64,000 nucleotides of DNA from Eukaryota sp. TZLM1-RC (GCA_040285825.1 JAUPSS010000007.1:768501-832500); one strand, 5' to 3'. Shown: positions 1 through 15,344, counted from the stretch's first letter. The notes: generated by a model not told the origin, from the letters alone. Translations and numbers: made by a program.

Positions 1-61
1 AATTTTTAACAAATTTTTTCCACGCTTGCAACATGATAGATTTTTTCAACAGTCCTCATAA

Positions 62-556
62 TTGAGAACATTCTTTTCACTGAAAATCGCTGCTATGATG
101 ACTGAATTTCTGACAACCTCTGCATACCTTGTTATTCGTGAGTACACGAAACATCAAACCCAACAAGGGAGGCTGATAACGGATCACCTGAGCAGTTCGA
201 TTCTACCTTATTTCAATAACTGTCTTCATTTTGACTGTCGCAAGGATATCAAAACTATCTACTTTGATGGTCTAGAATCAATGCAATTGGTCTCATGGTA
301 CTTCCATAGCATTGGGATTGTAGTAGCTCAACTTCTGAATAAAATATCTATTGTGTCTTTGTTGGTGTCTTCACCACCCAGTGTTAGGTTTGATGTTGAA
401 ACCGAGCCACCAACACATATAATGATTTTGCTTTGTCATGTTTTCCCTAATCTGCATATCCGAGAGTCTCACAACAACCCCTGTAATAATAGTTACACAA
501 TCTCTTCCAAAAGTACTTTTGCTATTGCTTTCGGGAACAAAGCTGCTGTTCTATGA
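62..556 (+). CDS. Hypothetical protein or gene fragment
   Basis: 164-codon open frame with no recognisable motif; start uncertain. Confidence 0.25.
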   Translation: MRTFFSLKIAAMMTEFLTTSAYLVIREYTKHQTQQGRLITDHLSSSILPYFNNCLHFDCRKDIKTIYFDGLESMQLVSWYFHSIGIVVAQLLNKISIVSLLVSSPPSVRFDVETEPPTHIMILLCHVFPNLHIRESHNNPCNNSYTISSKSTFAIAFGNKAAVL

Positions 557-1119
557 TGTTTCCCCTTTCCAGTGGAAACTACTATTTCACCCAATCTGAA
601 CATGTCGGTTTGAATTAATTTGTAGATTTCAAGACAAACTTCAATGTAAGATGCGACGTAGGTGGTGTTGACTTCTTAGTGCGAAGAAACAAAAACAGAT
701 CGAACTATACATATATATACAACACTAAAACTCCAACTATAAATCTTCGAACACAAGAGAATCATTGGTAGGGTTATTGGAGGAAGGGAATAGGTTCAAA
801 ACTAGATGATCAGAAACATTGACATTGGTGGTCCTTCGTTTCGCCTTTGGGGCACCCGGAGGTTCTGTTAGCTGCAAGGGAACATGTGGAGGTGTAGTAT
901 ATGAGTCAGTATCAGCAGCCATTTGCCGGAAAACGAAATTAATCATTTTTCTATCTACACAATTAAATTAGCTTGGCTAACAACTCCAATGATTCCTCTT
1001 TGAAATTAATTTTGTCTTCTTTGTGTAATTTAAATTTTTTCCAAAACAGTTCATCTTGCTTCTCACTCAACTCAAGTTTCTCACCGTTTTGGATCACTGC
1101 TTTCGGATATCCAATTTTT

Positions 1120-1797
1120 GACAGTTATGCGAATCAGATTTAATCTTCCTCCTCCCCAATGCTTATCAGGTATGAAACGCAAATGTGGTGCTTATGCTTC
1201 TTTTGATCAAGTTATTTCCTACTGAAAATTCACTCAAAAAAGATCAATTATCCACGGTGCTGTTCGTAATTGTATTTACGATTTGCTAACATGTGCTCAT
1301 TACCCAGACCATTCAGAACCACTGTTTGATGAATTAAATTTCAGTTTGAGCCAAAACCGAGGTGACCTTCAATGTGCTTGGTATGATGGAACTGAACTAA
1401 TAATCGATTGTACCACCATATCTTCGTGGAAAAGGAGTTCTAATTCTGACATTCAACATTTACTTAAAGTTGCAGAACATTCCAAGAAATCAAAATACGC
1501 AGTTCTTCTTCAACGTCTCAATCGAGCAAGAGGTAGAAACATCAGATTTGTTCCAATTGCTATATCAATTTTTGGTACTATTGGAAGTGAAGGTCTTCTT
1601 TTTTATATGATTTAGGGAAACTTCTCAAAAAATGTGGTCGCACATTTGATTTTCTTACATGGAAGAACAGAATTGTATTTTCGTTATTTAAAGCTCTTCC
1701 TCGGTATATTAACTCCATTTTGAATAACATTATGGAGTTTTATAACAATCGAATTGCTATACAAGTGAATAGCGAAAATCTCCCGTCATTTAGTTGA
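1120..1797 (+). mobile_element. Degenerate 3' fragment of an RLE-type (CRE-like) non-LTR retrotransposon
   Basis: ORF 1283-1615 has SEPLF...NRGDL...IIDCT...AEHSKKSKY...FVPIAISIFG, the restriction-like endonuclease motif series. The neighbouring frames contain stops. Confidence 0.75.
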
Positions 1798-2469
1798 TGG
1801 AGTTTGAGTAGGTAAAGGTATTAGTTGAGGATTGTTGTTGAGTTTTAAAATGTGACTGTTCCAGGAATATAACTTTTTTCTCTATCTTCATTCATTATGT
1901 GCCAAAGACATCATTTTGCACCTCTCATGGTTACCATGGTTGACAAGTGTCCTTCTGATAGGTATGACCAGCTTTTGATGTCGTCACCCTTATCGTAGGT
2001 ATATAATTGTTATCTATTTTCCCTATTACCAATCAACGTGAAATACTGAGCGTGCCACACTTTTAAGGCACCGCCCATGGTTTGCTTCTATCTTTCTACT
2101 CCATAAGACAACCATAAACGAGATTCTCTAGCAGAAATGATGTGGTTTGAGCAATTGAGAGCTTTTTTGTTGAACTATATTTTTATTGAACTAAAATACT
2201 GTCTAGTATTCAATAGCCTCTCAACAAGCATCACTATTATAAACCTACTCACAGCATTTCGTTCATATTCTACACCAATAGCTAAAAGAGCTTTAGAAAC
2301 CATTGTTGGAACAGACTTGAAAATGCAAAAACAATTCTATCCAGAAAGTAACCAGAAAGTGGAATCCACTTTTTCACGAAATTTATTTTGCAAGACTGTC
2401 TTGAAAATTTCTGAAAAGTGTAATTCTTGAAGGCCCAATATTTCTTAAACGAAAAATCGCAAACGGCAC

Positions 2470-3690
2470 CAACTGATATTTTACCCTATATATCTATTCA
2501 ACTGATAGTTCGACTACCTTATTGTGCCAATGGTTTTTCATATTTTTATATTTTCTTTTTTCGGCGTTAGACAGTGGCGACTCAGCAGAATACACCAAAC
2601 GAGCAGCAGATTTTTGCACAAATCGACTGAGACAACATCCACAGCGTTGAGAACACCGTCGATTTCTGGAGCTACTGAATCTGCCCTTCTTTTACGAAAG
2701 GAATCGTCAGTTTGATCTGGAGATAACTTACGAACTAACGGTTCAATAAAAGCCTCAATAATAAAACATTTGCACATGGTAAATAATTGATCACGAACTG
2801 AATCTTGAACAATTGAGCGACAGGTAAAAAAATCTTTGCAGTTTAAGATTTGGAAAAGCGCAACCACACTTTTGAAGCGACAAATTAAATCTTTTTGTAA
2901 CGAACAAGGCCATAAGAAACATCTCATTCTCGTAGCGGTGGTCCATTGATGATCATTAAGTAGAAGGCCATAAATTTCGGGAACTTGGAAGATTAGACAA
3001 CTTGACCAACTGTCTTCAAGGTCAATCAAAAAATTTGCAAAAACGTATATTTTCTTTAGCCAAGCTACTACGTATAATATTAGCCAAGTTTTCTAAAACT
3101 TTTAAGAATTTTTTCTGCAATTTTGCAAAAGTCAGTGGTAAGGAGAGCAAGCTTCTTGCATGAGGTTCCACCATATCAAATGGAGAACATTGACACCAGA
3201 TTTTTGGTGAAAGACAATCAACTTCCTGTTGCAAAGAAATAAGATAAGATGTGCCACCATTTTCAATGGGATCAATTTTTTCTGGAGCGCGATTCACAAA
3301 TTCAAAGATAAATTTATTACCACCTCCTATAAGTGCAGCTATACAAAGGTAGCTTGATTTATGAAAATCAACACCACCAAGATCTGTACCACAAAAATGT
3401 GACTTCGTAATTGAAATTAATTACAATTAATTAATTTCAATTAATTGGCTTATAACTTCTTTGGCTTTTTTCCAATTCTATAACAAACAAGCGAAGCATG
3501 AATTCTGGCGAAAGATTCTCGTATTGCAATTGGACGAATTATGGATGGATTTTTTTGAGAGCAATTAAGTGCTTGAAATGCTAATATTTCACAGATGGCT
3601 TTGATTTTAGACTTTAGAAAGAGCAATCTTTTCACCAATGCAATGCAGCTATTAGCAAGTATTCCTCTTGCTGAAACTTCAAAAGGAAAT
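2470..3690 (-). mobile_element. Degenerate CRE-like non-LTR retrotransposon (RT remnant plus RLE)
   Basis: IRPIAIRESFAR (RT), DSVRDQLFTMCK...IEPL...RRADSV...VDV (RLE); homologous to 60232-62954; many frameshifts. Confidence 0.8.
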
Positions 3691-3789
3691 GAAATATCCT
3701 AAAACAACCCCCAATTTTCACAATAACAATTCTAGACTCTGATATTTTGTACTTTTAATACACGTCTACTATTTGATTATTCTTCCATC

Positions 3790-4380
3790 GGTGATGTTTA
3801 CTCACAAATCAAGACTGTCTTTCTTCTTGATTGTTCAGTATTTTTTGAGATAAGAAATAGATCAGGTCTTAACTCAGTCAAAGCCAACAGAAAATTTACG
3901 TCATGATTTATGTGATAAGCTAAATCGCAGTAAACATCATAATGATCTAGGAAAGGATGAAAGTGGTTAACATCATTTAAAATTGAATCATGTCTCCATT
4001 TAGCTCTATTGTATACTTTAGAGATTTGATAACCTGGACAACAGCATAAAATGTGATAATACGAAGCAGGCTCAGATTGACATAATGAGCAGACAGGAGA
4101 CAATAGTTCATATCCATCAACTAATTTCCGACAAATTTTCCTTAGTTAAAGGTTACCAGCAGTAGGTAGTACATTCAAGTAAGAATGATTGCAAACTTAA
4201 TGATTTTAGCAGGTAGATCAATCAATGAACATTGAACGCCAATGATCAGCGTTTATATTTTATGAGTTTGATATGGCAATGTTCACTGAACATTTTACTT
4301 TCCACACCATCAATGTGTCGATACTGTTTTTTAAATTTCTTCATTTTTAAACTTGGAAATATTTTCCGGTAATTATCAAT
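3790..4380 (-). mobile_element. Fragment of a different RLE non-LTR lineage (NeSL/R4/HERO-like C-terminus)
   Basis: CSLC...HILCCC zinc knuckle, WRHDSIL, LRPDLFL...LICE motifs in ORF 3798-4103. Confidence 0.7.
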
Positions 4381-4522
4381 TGATTTCTATCCTCAAACAA
4401 TAAAGAATATTTCTCCCACTTCTCAATTGGATTAAATTTCCGTTTCCAAATAGGTCTTCGTTGTTCCAGTATTTCAAATATATTTACAAGGGGTATACAA
4501 GTCTAGCTTCATTAGAACAGAA

Positions 4523-5431
4523 TTATTTATTCACTGCCTTTAAATTACAAGCTAAATGACCATACAACAAATCATAAAAATGCTCATCTTCAATAAACTC
4601 TGGATGAAACATTTCAAATATATCAACAACCTTGCCTACAGAAAAACCTCTATCCCAATGGAGAACTACCTTAAAGGTACAGAGATCTATGCAGAATGAA
4701 CATAAACCCAGAAACATTAGGACAGCACGTAGAGTGATGCTGTGGAATTCAGGAAGAAACAACAGCAACTTGTGGTTGACTGTATTAACATTTATTCCTA
4801 TTAACTTGGATGTTGGAATTATACGAGCCTTTCCTGTTTTATGACCTTTCAAGATGGTGAGGAACTCTGTGAGAAGAGAGCTGGGAATATCGACCATTTC
4901 ATCAATTAGTTTTAATGAATAATGGAGACCATAATTCTTGATAATGTCAGAAAAGCCAAGATTCCACAGGGGATGCATCAACCGACAATGTAAAAAATCC
5001 CATGAGAGCAGTAGCTTAAATGCATCAACGTCCATGCAATCACTACTGTTTCCATAGGTTAGATTGTAGAGGAGACCGTATGAGAGGTAGTCATTTTGGA
5101 GTCGTGAAAATATGTGTGAATCTGCAGATCGCTTTTTTAGACGTTTAGCCACATTGATTGTGCTCTGATAGTTGTATTTCATGGAGTTTACTATACTGGA
5201 AACATTGTTGATCATCAACAGATCACTGTATCGGTGTATATAATCAGAATCGTCATGGAAAGCCACGCTGCAGAATTTAACAAGATCAACCAACATTTGG
5301 GACGCAGGAGCTTTCTTGCAGAGGAGGGAGATGCATTGAAGTCCCCTCTCTGCGGTTTCACTGTATTCACAGTCAAACAGATAGAACCTTGAAAGGTCTA
5401 TCCAATCCTCTATATCCAGTGTATGTGTCAT
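4523..5431 (-). CDS. Orphan 302-aa protein, paralog of 38410-39318
   Basis: Intact ATG-TAA ORF; roughly half identical by eye to 38410-39318 (GLLYNLTYGN, LFLPEFH, LCSFCIDL blocks). Confidence 0.8.
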   Translation of the reverse strand: MTHTLDIEDWIDLSRFYLFDCEYSETAERGLQCISLLCKKAPASQMLVDLVKFCSVAFHDDSDYIHRYSDLLMINNVSSIVNSMKYNYQSTINVAKRLKKRSADSHIFSRLQNDYLSYGLLYNLTYGNSSDCMDVDAFKLLLSWDFLHCRLMHPLWNLGFSDIIKNYGLHYSLKLIDEMVDIPSSLLTEFLTILKGHKTGKARIIPTSKLIGINVNTVNHKLLLFLPEFHSITLRAVLMFLGLCSFCIDLCTFKVVLHWDRGFSVGKVVDIFEMFHPEFIEDEHFYDLLYGHLACNLKAVNK

Positions 5432-5569
5432 GAAAGCAGTATGGTGGTATGAATGAGTGGAAGGGCTGTTTGCTGATCAAGATCACTCTTTCCCAGTTTG
5501 GATGCAAATGCCAAAAATTCACAACTGAACCCTAATTAATCCTTTTTCTTTCCATTTTTTTTGACAATT

Positions 5570-5655
5570 TCTGTGCCAAGTGAGCTCTTAGCTTTCGAGA
5601 AAATTCTTTCAACACCAACTGCAGTAGCTGCTACAAACGACATATTTAGAAGCAC
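5570..5655 (-). mobile_element. hAT transposase C-terminal dimerisation-domain remnant
   Basis: Minus frame reads SFVAATAVGVERIFSKAKSSLG, matching the hAT ATSxxxERxFS motif. Confidence 0.55.
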
Positions 5656-6090
5656 AAAATGAAAGGATGAGGGTAGGGAACAATCAGCAGAAATGGGCTG
5701 CTAGCACATACTCAAAAAATGCTTACATTTTCAATCAAATTAGCAATGCAGTGCAGATAGAACAGACAATGTGAGAAACAAATCGACTATAAACCAATAT
5801 TGCACTGTATTGAATTGAATTGAGGGGCAATCAATATTTTACAAATTTTAATTTACAACTGTTGAATTGGAAATTCAGAATTGAGGAATCCTGGTTGCTG
5901 CTGACGATAACTTGTAAATTTTTAACCATTAAATACACCAATTACTTACTAGATGTGCTAATTGTTCCCAATATTGACTTGACAGTTTTTGCTTAATGTT
6001 ATGAAATGTACCAATTTTGATTTAATCAAAGTAAATAATTTAATGAGAAAAACAAAGACAATACTAAACATGAACACCAACAAAAGCCCA

Positions 6091-6402
6091 TTATAATTGT
6101 ACCAAGGTGTAAGTAATGATCCAAACAAGAATGAATAAGGCAAACGATGTAAACAGTCCTTCCTTTAGTAAGACAAGTCGTCCACCATGTGCTTCTTCAT
6201 CAATCTGCAGATAAGAATTGCAGTAGGAAAGAACAATGACAACAGCGAGGGAAAGGAAGCCGATGATACCAGTGGCTCCCATAACTGGGATCACACCCCA
6301 TATGAGTCCGATTACGACAGCCAGTATCTGACGAAACCAGTATATCACAGAGAGGAGTTCGGGGGTGCTCTGAAGACGTTCACGATCCAGGAAGAGATGC
6401 AT
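6091..6402 (-). CDS. RAB5IF: Rab5-interacting (RAB5IF/EMC6-family) membrane protein
   Basis: VIYWFRQILAVVIGLIWG...IDEEAHGG...LKEGLFTSFALFILVWIITYT is the family signature; start placed at MHLFL. Confidence 0.85.
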   Translation of the reverse strand: MHLFLDRERLQSTPELLSVIYWFRQILAVVIGLIWGVIPVMGATGIIGFLSLAVVIVLSYCNSYLQIDEEAHGGRLVLLKEGLFTSFALFILVWIITYTLVQL

Positions 6403-6420
6403 GAATAAAATGGTTGGAAT

Positions 6421-6702
6421 GTGTGGAATAATATTGTGGAAATTATTCCAAGAGCGAGATCGATGATGGTCCACGTCTCAGCGTGTTTGACTGTGGAAGC
6501 TTCCAAGATATGCAATCCCTGTGCTAGCTCTGTCTTATCACCCTTGCGTAGCTTTGCCCGTATCGATGGTTGTAATTTTGCATGTACTTACACTGGACCT
6601 TTCCGTGCTCCTTGTATCGATGTCTGTCCTCCTTTTCTTGGAGAAGTGTGCATAGATGCTGAATGTATTTCGAAATCTTGTGAGAAATACGGTTTCTGTT
6701 AG
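6421..6702 (+). CDS. Small Cys-rich protein, possibly saposin-like
   Basis: CNPC...CNFAC...CIDVC...CEKYGFC spacing; start and signal peptide unclear. Confidence 0.3.
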   Translation: MWNNIVEIIPRARSMMVHVSACLTVEASKICNPCASSVLSPLRSFARIDGCNFACTYTGPFRAPCIDVCPPFLGEVCIDAECISKSCEKYGFC

Positions 6703-7424
6703 ACTACTTAGGTTTTGTAAAGATCTTGTACATGGATCAGCTAATGGGGCATGACTTGTATCGGAGGTTCTGTCATATTCTTCAACTCGACCCCTAAGCA
6801 GAGTTACTGTTATAATGGTTAGATGTTACGTTTGCTACTGAATAGCGTACCTAATTTGACATGATCAATGTGAAAAACAAAACATATTTTAGTAATTAAA
6901 AAACATTCTTTATAACCCAAGCACATACTAGGCTGAGATTCATTGAATTAACTTATGGTATAATAATGGTTAAGTTTTACATCCTGAAAAAACCTCAAAG
7001 TATCATGTAATCACAAGGTTTAGTGAGAACTTTAAATGAAAAGCCGGTTGAAAAGACCACTTAAATAATGAGTTTTGAACCATTTGTTGTTTCAATTTTA
7101 AGGTAGAGGGAAAGACAGTTGAAACATTCGGATTGTGCAGAAATTCCAGATAATTGAAAAAGCATGAGATGTCAATTCATCACGGGTTTATTAAGTATAA
7201 ATCATGTGAAAGTGTGTGAAATAGAGATCGAAATGCCTCACATAATATGTTGGCAGTGATGGAAGCTCATGTAAATGGTGGAGATTGAACGGTATACCTA
7301 TAAGGGGCCAAGGTAGATGAAGGTTCGAAAAAGAAGGTAAGGAGAAAATCTTCCAAAAAACTCAATCCCTGCAACCGTAACATAAATATCCCTTATTCCA
7401 TTGTTATAGACAATATCTATCAGA

Positions 7425-7724
7425 ATGAGCGCATACGATGAAGAGACTTCCAATCTTACATCTGAACTTGGTAACATTACTGAGGTTTTAAAGCAGCGAG
7501 TACTTTCTGTCAGAAATTCAATTGAACGGGACGGTGCACTTGTAGATGCCACGGTATCTGCAACAGAACAGAACCAACAAAGTGTTGATACAGACCATCG
7601 CCTTCTTTCTCGACGTAGGACTTCTCGTTGGTCTTGGTTCTATGACATTTGCCTTTTACTAATAGTGGTTATGATCACCACCTTCATGGTCTTGATAATG
7701 AAGTTGTTCCCCAAACCCCGTTAG
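7425..7724 (+). CDS. USE1: USE1-like Qc-SNARE (tail-anchored)
   Basis: Coiled-coil SNARE heptads followed by WSWFY plus a C-terminal TM helix ending LFPKPR. Confidence 0.65.
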   Translation: MSAYDEETSNLTSELGNITEVLKQRVLSVRNSIERDGALVDATVSATEQNQQSVDTDHRLLSRRRTSRWSWFYDICLLLIVVMITTFMVLIMKLFPKPR

Positions 7725-9853
7725 GAAGAGTTGAGTTTATTGTGGTGATTTTTGCTTCTTCAAGCTCTGTTATTCGGAAGTTAACGATCCTTGACTTTGT
7801 GGTTGCAGGATTTTTTTTCCTTTGTACATTTGTTTTTTGAAGTAAAGTTTACTTTTCTCTTGGCTTGTTTTTTATTTTTTTTATTTCGAGAGCATTTGTT
7901 CTGTTCTGATATATTATGAAGATACTTGTGTCTGTGTATTCTGTTAAATGTAACACTGTCAACTGTACAGTCGAGTTTAAGGGCTACAGTTTTCATTTAT
8001 TAATAATTGGTGTGGAAATTTTTCACCTTGGATATCTGTATTCAGTTGAGGCTAGCATTGCCAAAACTTAGCCCGGTGGTACCTAGTTTGATTATGCTCT
8101 GTATGGAATAAGATATGTTTTTCGTTGTTGTTGCACTTATCGAATGAAGAACTTGGTTAATCATGTGGTATTAATGTTTTGTGTTAAGAAGTCAAATATT
8201 TAGTACAAAGAAAAGCAACAATGCCATCACTCATCCTCCAAATACAGAAAAGACAGCCTCTGAAAGTTAGCAAAATTAATTTTAGTTTGTGTTTTGTACT
8301 GAAAAAAGTTTTGAAAAGTGCCAAATAGAGCCCAGACTCTAGCAGAGAGCCCTCAAAGATCGCTTATGGGCTCAATTTCGATGGGTTCTATCACACAGCC
8401 TCTGAAGAAAAGGACTCTAATTGGCCCAACATTCAACATAGAGCATATGTTAAAAATGAACTAAAACACAGTTTAATTATATGAAACACAGACTAACAAC
8501 CTACCTAACAAACTACAACTACATTTATGCTACAATATCTTCTGTTAACAAAGGAACCTCTATTATTTCGAATTGAGAAACATCAAAGAATAAGATTGTA
8601 GAGAAAAGTAAAAAAAACAGAGTTAGAGTTGATGACAAGAGTACACATTTTGGTTCATGATCGAAGAAAAAAGTACACACAAATAATGTAAATATTGGAC
8701 AGAAATCACTTATAGGCTCTATTTGGGACCAGTTTTTGGTGTCAGTCTTTAAATTGACTAAAACAAAATACTGTTTTGTACAAATGAAATGGTTTTGTTT
8801 TGAAAATAGAACTATTTTATTTGTTTGGACTATTTTTTGGTCTGACTATTGATAAAAGTTTTTTCAACTGTGTTCTTGACTCTCTTTTTTATTACTTACC
8901 ACATGAACTCAAACAATTTTATTTTAATTTAGCTGTGGCTAAACGTGACTTTCCCTTTTAGGAAGGTAGATCACGTCATCATAGCTTTAAATTGTAGTTT
9001 GTATTTATTTATTCTGATTTCTTATATTCCTGTTCATAAACGTCTGTTTTTGTTAGTTTATTATGAACCGTGCACAAATAGCAACATTTGTGCGTTGTTT
9101 GGAAATCTTCGTATTCTCTTTTTTTATAACCATACCTGGGCGTGACTACTATCTCCATTTGTCATGGCAGCATATTTCAGTCATATTTTATATCATGTTT
9201 TTGACAATATAGTATACTAGATATTATCTTGTTATTAGGTCTTTATTCAATAATTCTTAATTGATCAAATGATATTTTTATAGCGGGACAATCTAGCTGA
9301 ACACATGTCTTTCAAACAATCAAATCTTTTTCTTAGTTTGTAATCAGTTTAGCACTATCCAATCCACTGGTATCATACCTTTAAATTGAACCAATGGTAT
9401 ACCTTAAATTGGAATTGGAATTCAAAGGTATGACTGGTATCCTGATGAAAACTACGCTTTCTGATGTGTTTTGTCTTCTCCACTTCGTCAACCACCACAG
9501 TTGCCTCTTTGGGACCCAAAGTTTGGGTTCTTCTGCGTTTGGTGTTGGCACTTATTACATCTCCAACACCTTAGTTTAATAAACAGTTATATTTTCAATC
9601 GTGTCCACCCTACTTAACCATTCTAGTACAAAACAAAAAATTCTTTATTGAGATTTTTAGGGATGTCAAGATTTCAAATTGCAAATTGTCACAGTCTGAT
9701 GACAAAACTACTGATAACCTTGACCCAACATGACAGTATTGTCATGACGTCATGCCCAGTTCACAACAGTGTATTAATACATAAACATGGATTGACAAAA
9801 AAATGTATTTTCGAAAGGTGTACAGAAAACGTAATACTAAAAACATGACCAAT

Positions 9854-11219
<1,366 letters not shown>

Positions 11220-11306
11220 TTATCGTCATCTTTTCCTCCATTCTGATTTCACATTTTTCGATTCAAATTCTCCACATCTCCAAACAATTTTCATTTACTT
11301 TAACGA

Positions 11307-14140
11307 ATGGGTGTTCCTTCTCTCTACCGTTGGCTAACCACTAAATGGCCCAAAGTAGCCGATATCATTTTCGAAGAATTGCCACAAATCTTAGACAATG
11401 ACACTTTTGAACCTGATACTTCTCTTCCCAATCCTAATAATATCGAATTTGACAATCTTGTACGCTTGATCTCATCCAACTCTCATTTCAGTATCTTGAT
11501 ATGAACGGCATCATTCATCCATGTGTTCATCCAGATGACAGACCTGCTCCTGAAACACAGGAAGAAATGTTTCGGGACATATTTCTTTATATTGATCGTC
11601 TTTTCAATATCATTCGCCCACGGAGATTACTCTTTATGGCAATTGATGGAACAGCTCCACGTGCTAAGATGAACCAGCAACGATCAAGACGTTTCAGGGC
11701 TAGCCAGGAAGCACAGGACAAGCGTAAAGCCAAGGAAGAGTTGTTAGAACAAAGAAAGGCAGGTGGTCATGTGGAAGATGACGTGGAGGTCAAAAAGAGT
11801 TTTGACACTAATCAAATCACTCCAGGAACTCAATTCATGTTTGATTTAGCAGAAGCGCTCAGATTCTACATAAGTCAACGGATTTCAAAAGACTCTGGTT
11901 GGAAAAACGTAAAAGTGGTTCTTTCTGATGCAAATGTACCTGGAGAAGGAGAACATAAAATAATGGACTTTATAAGAAGTCAACGAATTTCTGAAAATTA
12001 TGACCCAAACACACGTCATGTTTTGTATGGCTTAGACGCTGATCTTATAATGCTTGGAATGGCAACACATGAACCACATTTTTTTATTTTAAGAGAAAAT
12101 GTTTTTTCACAAGGAGAAAAATCATATGTACCCCTTAGATGCGAATATTGTCATCACGAAGGTCATTTGAAAAATGCATGTAAAGCTTTAGAACAAATTA
12201 AACAAGGAAAACAGCCAAAAATCAGTAGAGGGGTGCCCAAAATCGCAACATCTACAACATTTTTAACATTTAATTTATCTATATTAAGAGAATATCTCTA
12301 TTCTGTTTTCTGCACAGTTAGACCACAGTTAACAAAACTGAAATTTGATTTTGAACGAATAATTGATGATTATATTTTTCTCTGTTTTCTTGTTGGTAAT
12401 GATTTCCTACCACATGTACCTTCGCTGTCCATTAGGGAAGGTAGTATAGATCTGTTGTGTTCACTATATTTGTCTTGTTTACCACATCTCACAGAGTATC
12501 TAACTTATAGTGGTGATGCTTATTTTACTTCAATATCGCAAGTGATTCAGCGTCTTGGATCTGTTGAGGATAGAATTTTCAAGCTTCGATTTGAGATTGA
12601 TGAGAGAAAACAACGAGCCAAAGAACGTCGTGAAGGAGTTTCTCCTGTGGAGCCACAGGCGAAAAAACCTAGACTGCAGACGGTTGAAAGTGAGACATTT
12701 AATCAACACCAACAAGAGGAAGAAGATCAGATTGTCTCTCCAGATTTGGAAGCTTCTGACGGAGATCCCTGTTATGATGTTTCCCTCGAAACTACAACAC
12801 AAATAGTCACTCGTCATGCATCTCTTCATGACCCCCAGGGCCGTGTTGAGTACTACAAAGTCAAGTTTGAGTTTGATGTCACAACCCCTGAGGGTGTTAC
12901 AAAACTTGAACATGTCTGTCATTGTTATGCTCAGGGTTTAGCATGGACTCTTAAGTACTACTATCAAGGATGTCCTTCTTGGCGGTGGTTTTACCCCTAT
13001 CATTATGCACCTCTGGCACAAGATCTAGCTGTCTATATTGGCACTACGTCCATCGATTTTGATCCAGACACCAGACCGTTTTTGCCTGCAGAACAACTGT
13101 TGGCTGTGTTTCCTCGTGCCAGTTCTGATTGGATCCCCCCTTCTTACAGAGAACTAATGCTCACCTCTAGTTCTCCCCTCGCTGATTTCTACCCAGAGCA
13201 TATTATCCTGGACAAGGAACCGAATAAACCCCTCTGGCAGGCCGTCGTACTTCTCCCTTTCATTGACGAAGCTGTGTTCCTCCAAGCCATTGAAGAGAAT
13301 AACTGTTTTGAACGAATGGATAAAGAAGATAAGCTCCGTAACATGCTTCACCCCAATCTTTTATTCGTTCACAAGGACCACAAGCTCGCCTCCACCATCG
13401 TCGCTGCTTCCGTTGCTGAAACGCCTTATGAACCTATCGCTGGCTGTCAGATTGATTCCTATCGTCAATACATTACAAAAGAAATCACAACAGGAACCGT
13501 CCCTTTTAATGCTAAGAAAGGGGATGGTATAGTAGGCTATGTTAAAGATACACCACAATGGAAGCTAGAACTTGACCAACATGTCAAATCACCATTACCA
13601 TTTCTCTCTGATTTGGAGTCGTGTCAGTGTTTATGTGCTGCTTTGTTTTTCAAGGATGTTCCTGTCAATACTGGTTTTGCGCCTGTTCTTCTCCCAGGTG
13701 CCATTTTGCCTAGACAAGCATTAACTGCTGCTGATTTGGCTTACAAACCTTATAACCGACATGCTCCCATTTCAGAACAGGTACTTGGCCACTCTCACCA
13801 CCGACGACCGTTTGATCGTAAACGTAGAAGTGAAGGTGGGCAACAACGCCAACGGTCAGCTTCTCGGGAGTTTGTTCCTCCCTCAAAGCAATCTAGAGGA
13901 GGGCACCAAGGACCTCATTTCATCCCTCAACCACCACCAGTTAGCTATGGACAGTATCAGGTGCCTTATCCACCAATGGGGCCAGGTTCGATGTATTCCT
14001 ATCCTTCTCATGGGTATCCACCTTCACATCAACCTGCACATTATATCCCTCCCCAATCCAATCATTCTACTTCATTGAGGGGTAGAGGTAGGGGTCGTGG
14101 AAGGGGAAGTCGTGGCAGAGGTAGAGGTAGAGGGTATTAG
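11307..14140 (+). CDS. XRN2: 5'-3' exoribonuclease 2 (Rat1), one 32-nt intron 11460-11491
   Basis: MGVPSLYRWL...FDNL|YLDMNGIIHPC, DGTAPRAKMNQQRSRRF, PGEGEHKI, CxxC-H-C knuckle, RG-rich tail. Confidence 0.95.
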
Positions 14141-14834
14141 TCTTTAATAAATGGATTTTTAAAAAGTTTTTTATAAGTTTTGTTATCTGCTATTAATTGA
14201 CTGTGAATCTTTTGTTCCAAGTCAGAGAATTTAAAGTCTACTTATGAGGATGAAGCTCAAACTTCTAGAACATGTTTAGGTATAGATCTTATTGATGCAT
14301 ACAAGATTCCTTCAAAGAATAAAGGATATTTAGTCTATAATTCTGTAGATGGAATTAATGTAAAATAAAATTTGATTTCACAAAAGTTGCTCAGGGGTAA
14401 CTCTGTTAGATATGAAGGCATATATTGTTATACATGAGGCAGCTCATTGTAGTGTTTCTTCAAAACATTCAATATCTCTATATTCCATTTGATGCAAGAT
14501 TCATGTAAGAACTAAGGGTATCCATTTTCAAGGCATCCACATTGATTCCTGTTGTTTTCTATTAACTCTACCCTAGTCACATAAATGATGACTTTCAGGG
14601 TAATTTTTGATTCCTATTATGTTGTCTCCATAGGTGATAGACCAACCCTTTAGCAGAACCCAAAATTTAAGAACATAAACTGGAGTGATCCTGTTTGGAG
14701 CTGATTTTGGACAGTCCTGGGTTTGGATGGGGTTTTTGGTAGAACATCAATATATTCCCAAATTTTTAAGGCGACGCCCCCTCAACATCATGTAAATTAT
14801 TAATTCTTGGACGGTTTGATTAGAGGGAATCTAT

Positions 14835-15344
14835 ATATTTATTGAATTTGCACACTTAATTAAATTAACTCATGACTAATGGGACGACTATCATTGAACC
14901 AAGATTTCCTCTACAAAATCTTAATCTGCTTGCTGTCTAGCTCAAGCTTCTCTTATTCGATTGAAAAACCGCGGTAATCTAATAATAATGGCAAATTGAA
15001 TCCGTGAACGCCATAAAAAAATATCAAATCTTTTCATTGTTTTTTCTTGCACCATTTTTTGGAAGTCATTCAAAAAGTTTCTGCTTCAACTAATAATCTT
15101 CCATTTATCGAAAATGGGAAAGCAATAAAAACCAGCTGTGTGTTTCTATCGACATTAGCCTCTTCAATATCTTTATCATATTTTCTATGTTTTTCTTTTG
15201 CTTTAAAATCACAGGATTAAGTTTTCTTCTTTGAAACAAAGTATCATTTGCAACATTACATGAGACAAAGTCAACAATAGCTTCAGAATTATCATTCCAA
15301 TCATAGTATACATCACCTCTATCATCAGAACCAAAATTATTCAG
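14835..15344 (-). mobile_element. 5'-truncated CRE-like element, family B
   Basis: Near-identical to 35325-35844; DRGDVY...VDFV RLE motif; ends just after AATAAA. Confidence 0.85.

Noticed and set aside
8321-8726. 12-bp inverted repeat CCAAATAGAGCC/GGCTCTATTTGG as a MITE
   Set aside because: No TSD or second copy found; it may be old transposon debris but is unsupported.
9373-9433. 15-bp imperfect inverted repeat
   Set aside because: Isolated and AT-rich, with no supporting context.
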